64,000 nt of DNA from Phoronis australis (taxonomy: Eukaryota; Animalia; Phoronida): the NCBI GenBank assembly GCA_002633005.1, contig NMRA01000258.1:186001-250000 (forward strand). The letters are read 5' to 3'. Below the pieces are notes generated by a model, which saw only the letters and a program-made list of their open reading frames with translations, ran no database searches and was not told the DNA's origin. Every line of letters starts with the position of its first letter. Position 1 is the first letter of the stretch. The translations under genes were made by a program, and so were the position numbers. Positions 59,334 to 64,000 of this stretch are shown one piece after another.

Positions 59334-60357
59334 CAGAACTGAAACCCAATATCTACACAAATCAAGCTGACGTGGTCCGTCGCGAGACCTAAAGTGTACT
59401 ATGCAAAAAATCTTTAATTGAAAACTTCTCTCTAGACACTTTTCAATCCCCAGTGGTTACTCTATACGTTAGTCCTATACTTTTGTTGTCTAGACTGCCG
59501 AGGAATCAATATATCGGATCCAATGGTTTGCTCGTCTTGGAACCATTCTACCCAGATATCTTCGATGTTTGTTCCCAACGCTTGCACTTCGTCAACTGCT
59601 GCGTCAATGAGCTTGTAAGCCTCTACAATGCCAGCATCTCATTTCGCAGCTCAGTTTGCACTAAGACCCTTGAGGTTGCCAAGTCCATTCCAAAGATTTA
59701 CATGCGCAACTAAATTTGATCCGTTCATCATGGACTTCTTCAAACCTTGACGATGTATCCCAGGACCTATTTGCATCTCTTGCAATTTTCGAAATAAACG
59801 TCCCGTTTCATAGAGTGTGCCTTTCTGCGGAAATTCCCAGTATAGAAGACGGCAGGTAGAAAGACGGTAGCTGTTGAGGTCGGAACTTGGGCTCCTTAGG
59901 AGGCCTATTGAACATTGCACGAGTACCGCAAGACTTTATTGTGAAAGAACAGCATCCCCGCAATTTCTGGTACTGTACACTGTTCGCGGGCTTTGTCAAT
60001 GTGAGTGCCCCCTTGGTTATTAATTCCTTGTATAGACATAACTTGTTAGAGTGTATCTTCAAACGGTCTCGCAACCAGACCACGGCAACCGCCACAATAG
60101 CATTTCTTGGGAAAAAGAATTTTTTTCAAATATATTACATGTACATGTACACTGTATGATATTGCGCAAGACAATTTTACTATATATCAGTCAAATTCGA
60201 GTTACAAACTTGTGGAGTGTAATAGAATGATACGGTAAAAACGTTGCCCGTCAATTCGCCTGAATATTAGGGTTGCGGCACCACAGTATTTCCCCTAATC
60301 AAATTAAAGCATATCTTAGAGTAAAGAAGGTAGTTACCTAAAGAAATCAGCTATAGT

Positions 60358-60734
60358 CAGCGGTGGATCCATCTAAAATGCTTGACCCCTACTTCAGAAG
60401 TGACGACGGAAGCGCGCGCACAATTGATCTCCGAGCGTTTTGCCGATGAGCCACGAAGACTCAGCAATTCACAATGCAAAAAAATATATTTTCAGAGTGA
60501 ACCCCCCCCTCATTTTTTCCAAGTTGGTTTACTNNNNNNNNNNNNNNNNNNNNNNNNNNNNNNNNNNNNNNNNNNNNNNNNNNNNNNNNNNNNNNNNNNN
60601 NNNNNNNNNNNNNNNNNNNNNNNNNNNNNNNNNNNNNNNNNNNNNNNNNNNNNNNNNNNNNNNNNNNNNNNNNNNNNNNNNNNNNNNNNNNNNNNNNNNN
60701 NNNNNNNNNNNNCCCTCCCGTAGATCCGCCACTG
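60358..60734. mobile_element. hAT-like MITE spanning N-gap 60534-60712
   Basis: CAGCGGTGGATC ... GATCCGCCACTG termini; no clear TSD. Confidence 0.5.
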
Positions 60735-61419
60735 ACTAAAACATTACCATTTCTTGCTAATTTTTATTGAGGCATGTCACTCAGGTTTCCGGTGACTCTA
60801 AGGGGTGTGCCCCAGCAGTAAAGTCTGCAACACTACAACTAGGGGGTGCTAACTTGAAGTGGTGGCGATAGTGTTGGATACTACTTTGAGACCACGGGCA
60901 TAAAAGTTTGGCGCAGTCGAATTAGCTTATGCTCCCCTTCTCACATTACAGGGCAGCTTACTAACGACCAAAGGGAAGGTAAAAACGTTGTACATTCGGT
61001 GTCTGAGTAGTACTGTTGTCTGAATTATTTATCAATACTCGTGAAAAGTAATTCAAAAATAAAAAGATTACCTGTAAAAGACTCCAAACCAATACTTGGT
61101 GTTGCCGAAAACGCCAAAATTGACATATCATCATGTTATTGAAGCCATGTTTTTCCCGTGCGACTAAAAAGAAAAACGGGTCGTTTCATGTTTTTGCGGC
61201 ACCCGAAATTTCCCATTCGACTAAATAAAACAAAAACGACTTCGAGCACTTTTGGGTGGTACGTCTTCCGTTCAACAAAAACGCTTTCGAGGCGTGTTTG
61301 TGTGTTGCATTGAACGTTTTAGCCTTACGTTTTGTCGTAGACCCAGTTGTTCCGCTTTTTATTCGGAAGTCCCGCTTTTAAAACCAGTTGTCCCGCTTTC
61401 TCCTTCTCGAATGTTGACA

Positions 61420-61900
61420 GTGACAACTTTTATTTTCCAGAGTCCACTTTCTTTAGTAACACAACAACCGTAAAAATATGTTCCAATGTCTCTTGTTTAC
61501 GGTAACATACACAACATGTGTCAGGATCCCTAATTTTTACTGAAGAAATGCGTATACTACGGAAAGTCCTACAGTGCACCCAATGCAATGAACTATCCAC
61601 AGAACACAGAAAGCTACACAATAAATGTTAGCTCAGTTTTTTTATTTATCTGGGAAAACATTTGTCTGCAACTTCAGTATAGAAAGTTGGAATAATTAGT
61701 TTATCACACACTTTGTAAATGTCACTGCACCCTGCTGGAATTTACTGAAGGGAATGAAACTGAACCAAAGGTTCAATTCATATACAGAGATGTACAATTT
61801 GGAATGAATGCCTGACTTGATTCTTCAGATCAACTGAGAGGTATTCATATTCAAAAATTGCTGTCACTATAGGATAGAAATCGTTATAAGAATCATTGAC
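61420..61900 (-). mobile_element. Decayed L1/Tx1-like ORF2 C-terminal fragment
   Basis: KIRDPDTCCVCYRKQETLEHIF resembles the C-terminal CxxC...ETxxH zinc motif; boundaries approximate. Confidence 0.45.
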
Positions 61901-64000
61901 ATTGTTTCTCTGTTGGTTTAACTAGTCATCTATATAACCTTTCTAGTTCAGTTTCGTTTTGTTACCATTACACTCAGTTATTTTGAAACACATAGCTGCA
62001 ACACGAAGATATTGTCACCACTTCTGTTGGAATGTCACAATGCAGAGAAAACAGTCATAAACAGGACAAAAAATAGTTTTGTTTCGTATTGATGACGAGG
62101 CGCGATCGAGTAACTTAACTGCCATTTGTCTGAAAATTTGTCTGTATGCAATTTTTTCAGCATTCCATAAATGGCACTCCAGTACAGGGCTGTGTTATAC
62201 AGTAAGTGGTAAGCTACATTAAAACCTGCATTTTTTCCGAAGCAAATTAAGATATCAACCCCGAGATCACTCATATTGACAATACGTCCCCCCCCCCATT
62301 TGTGAAAATACGCCCGGACATACATTCGGTTTCAAATGACGTTTTTGAAAGTTAGTTTTCCAAATATCCGCCCATGGGCTTATTTTTGGGAATTCACCTC
62401 TCACGGTCTGATGAGGTTAGTAAACCAGAGCCCTCGAGCAGACTGCATCCCAACTGGCTGAGTTCAATGATGGCAGCCGACTGCTCGAAGCCGGTATTAT
62501 TTATGGCCATGCTGCCAAGTCACAAGAAGAGCCGTGCCCGAGTGCTGTCAAATCAAATGCTTACAGGCAACGTCAGCCCTGGAGTTCTGCGCCTTCTGCT
62601 GTCACGGGGATGGTCTGGGAGGGGAATAATGCACCAGCATATCCCCAATGATCCTGTCCGTGACAGGTATTACAGGTATTACCAGAGCCCGGGGACCAAT
62701 CTTTATACAGCAACTCGAACTCGATATTACTTTTAATTTTCTGTTCTAACCAGATAAGTGTATTTTGCGCTCGAGTACATTATGCGTTACGCGAATGACT
62801 GTGTAATCCTATATTGTACTCGATGACCCTAGTATTGGGGCTACAATTTTTAGTTTGGACTCGAAATCTTGTGTTGTACTAGAAATGTCGATCTTCTATC
62901 TCAGTGCCATCAAGCAGGCATTTTGCCAACCAGGGAATTTTAGCTACGCGAACATGTCGTGTGTATGCGATAACGATAATCTACACAGAAAGTGCGCATT
63001 ATGATTAATATTATTTTTCAGGCATGAAGCCTACCAAAAACTACCCTTAGTAGCTTTGCTACCGTTTGCGATGCACCGATTATGTGTCAATTTCCCTAGG
63101 TATACAATTGCATTGACCACTCCATTCTGGTATCAAAATACACGGTGACAACTACTAGTAAAATATCACAAAACTTGTATTAATTTAAAATCAAATGCAG
63201 TATTTGCTAATGCAAAACATTAATACGGAAAATTGACATAGGTTTTGTTCCGTATAGAATGTTATTAGGTATCTTTTCTCATAATATTACAAAATTTGGG
63301 TTTACAGCGCCACCTGTGGTAGACTTTGTTAACCTTGTGCTAACAGTGATTAGCGTTAGCGCGGGCCTACGTCCCAACACAATGCTACTAACGGTAGGCC
63401 TATTCTTCAGTTGGCGAGGTCTTCTCAGTGGTTTTATGTTTTGAATTTACTCCATCAGTTTCAGAATCGTTTGTTGTTCTGCCGAAAACTAGTAGATATA
63501 TAAAAATTTGGCCTACATCTTAATGTAGTAATAATTATAACAAGTATATATGTTAAAGGATAGCCCGGGGTCACTCAGAATGAGCAATCAGTGCACTGGC
63601 ACTGGCCGGAAGTGTGCCATCCGCCGGGCTAGTCGATGCAGGTCCCGTACCTCCAAATTACTTTGACATTTTCTGCTCTACCGTAGTATAAACATAAAAA
63701 TCAAACATTAGGGGATTACATGCACTTCAGGATTGATTGTTCGGCGACCTGATATTGTATTTCTTGCCGTTTTTGAACGAAAGCTGCAGTTCTGCATATG
63801 ACGGCGGTCGCGCTGTACGCCTAGTAGGGCATGGTTCAGTAATAGAGCATACAACCGAGGACGGCACACTTTAACCCTGGAAACCTTTTATTGCGGCATA
63901 TAGTGACGATGAAAGTGATACGCCCGAAGCGTCGGAAGGCTCGGCTAGCACCCGATGGTATTTTCACAATTAAGAATTCAGTATTTCCTGATCTTGTGAG

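Noticed and set aside
61071-61150. Coding first exon of gene B
   Set aside because: It has a good donor (CAG|GTAATC) but a poor signal peptide; 56743 is a better start. It may be a 5' UTR exon, which sequence alone cannot show.
63871-64000. piggyBac left end (TTAACCCT)
   Set aside because: Only a short motif at the window edge; no partner TIR is visible.

Overview
AT-rich, intron-containing animal (invertebrate, probably marine lophotrochozoan-like) genomic DNA with three N-gaps and one isolated N. The ORF track is mostly noise because the real genes are spliced. Reading GT-AG boundaries and codon phase by hand gives two paralogous, convergently transcribed type-I membrane protein genes. Gene A (+, 842-33411, 11 coding exons, 1169 aa as modelled) is signal peptide, ShKT, TSP1-like, PAN/apple, kringle, C-type lectin (two exons), WSC, Thr/Ser mucin stalk, 4-Cys sushi-like module, [10 protein letters not shown], basic tail. 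Gene B (-, 56743-36854, 7 coding exons found) is signal peptide, PAN, shortened C-type lectin, Pro/Thr mucin, the same 4-Cys module, [10 protein letters not shown], and a tail ending in -TEV. The introns are full of transposon material: Kolobok-like THAP/KolX deletion derivatives (one pair forms a 3.3 kb palindrome), a four-level nested insertion inside a pogo-like transposase remnant, a 1.7 kb foldback element with tRNA-like boxes, a HERO-like non-LTR fragment (duplicated, probably an assembly artefact), LINE fragments and MITEs. There is no CRISPR, rRNA or intact tRNA. All family assignments come from motif recognition, not database searches.
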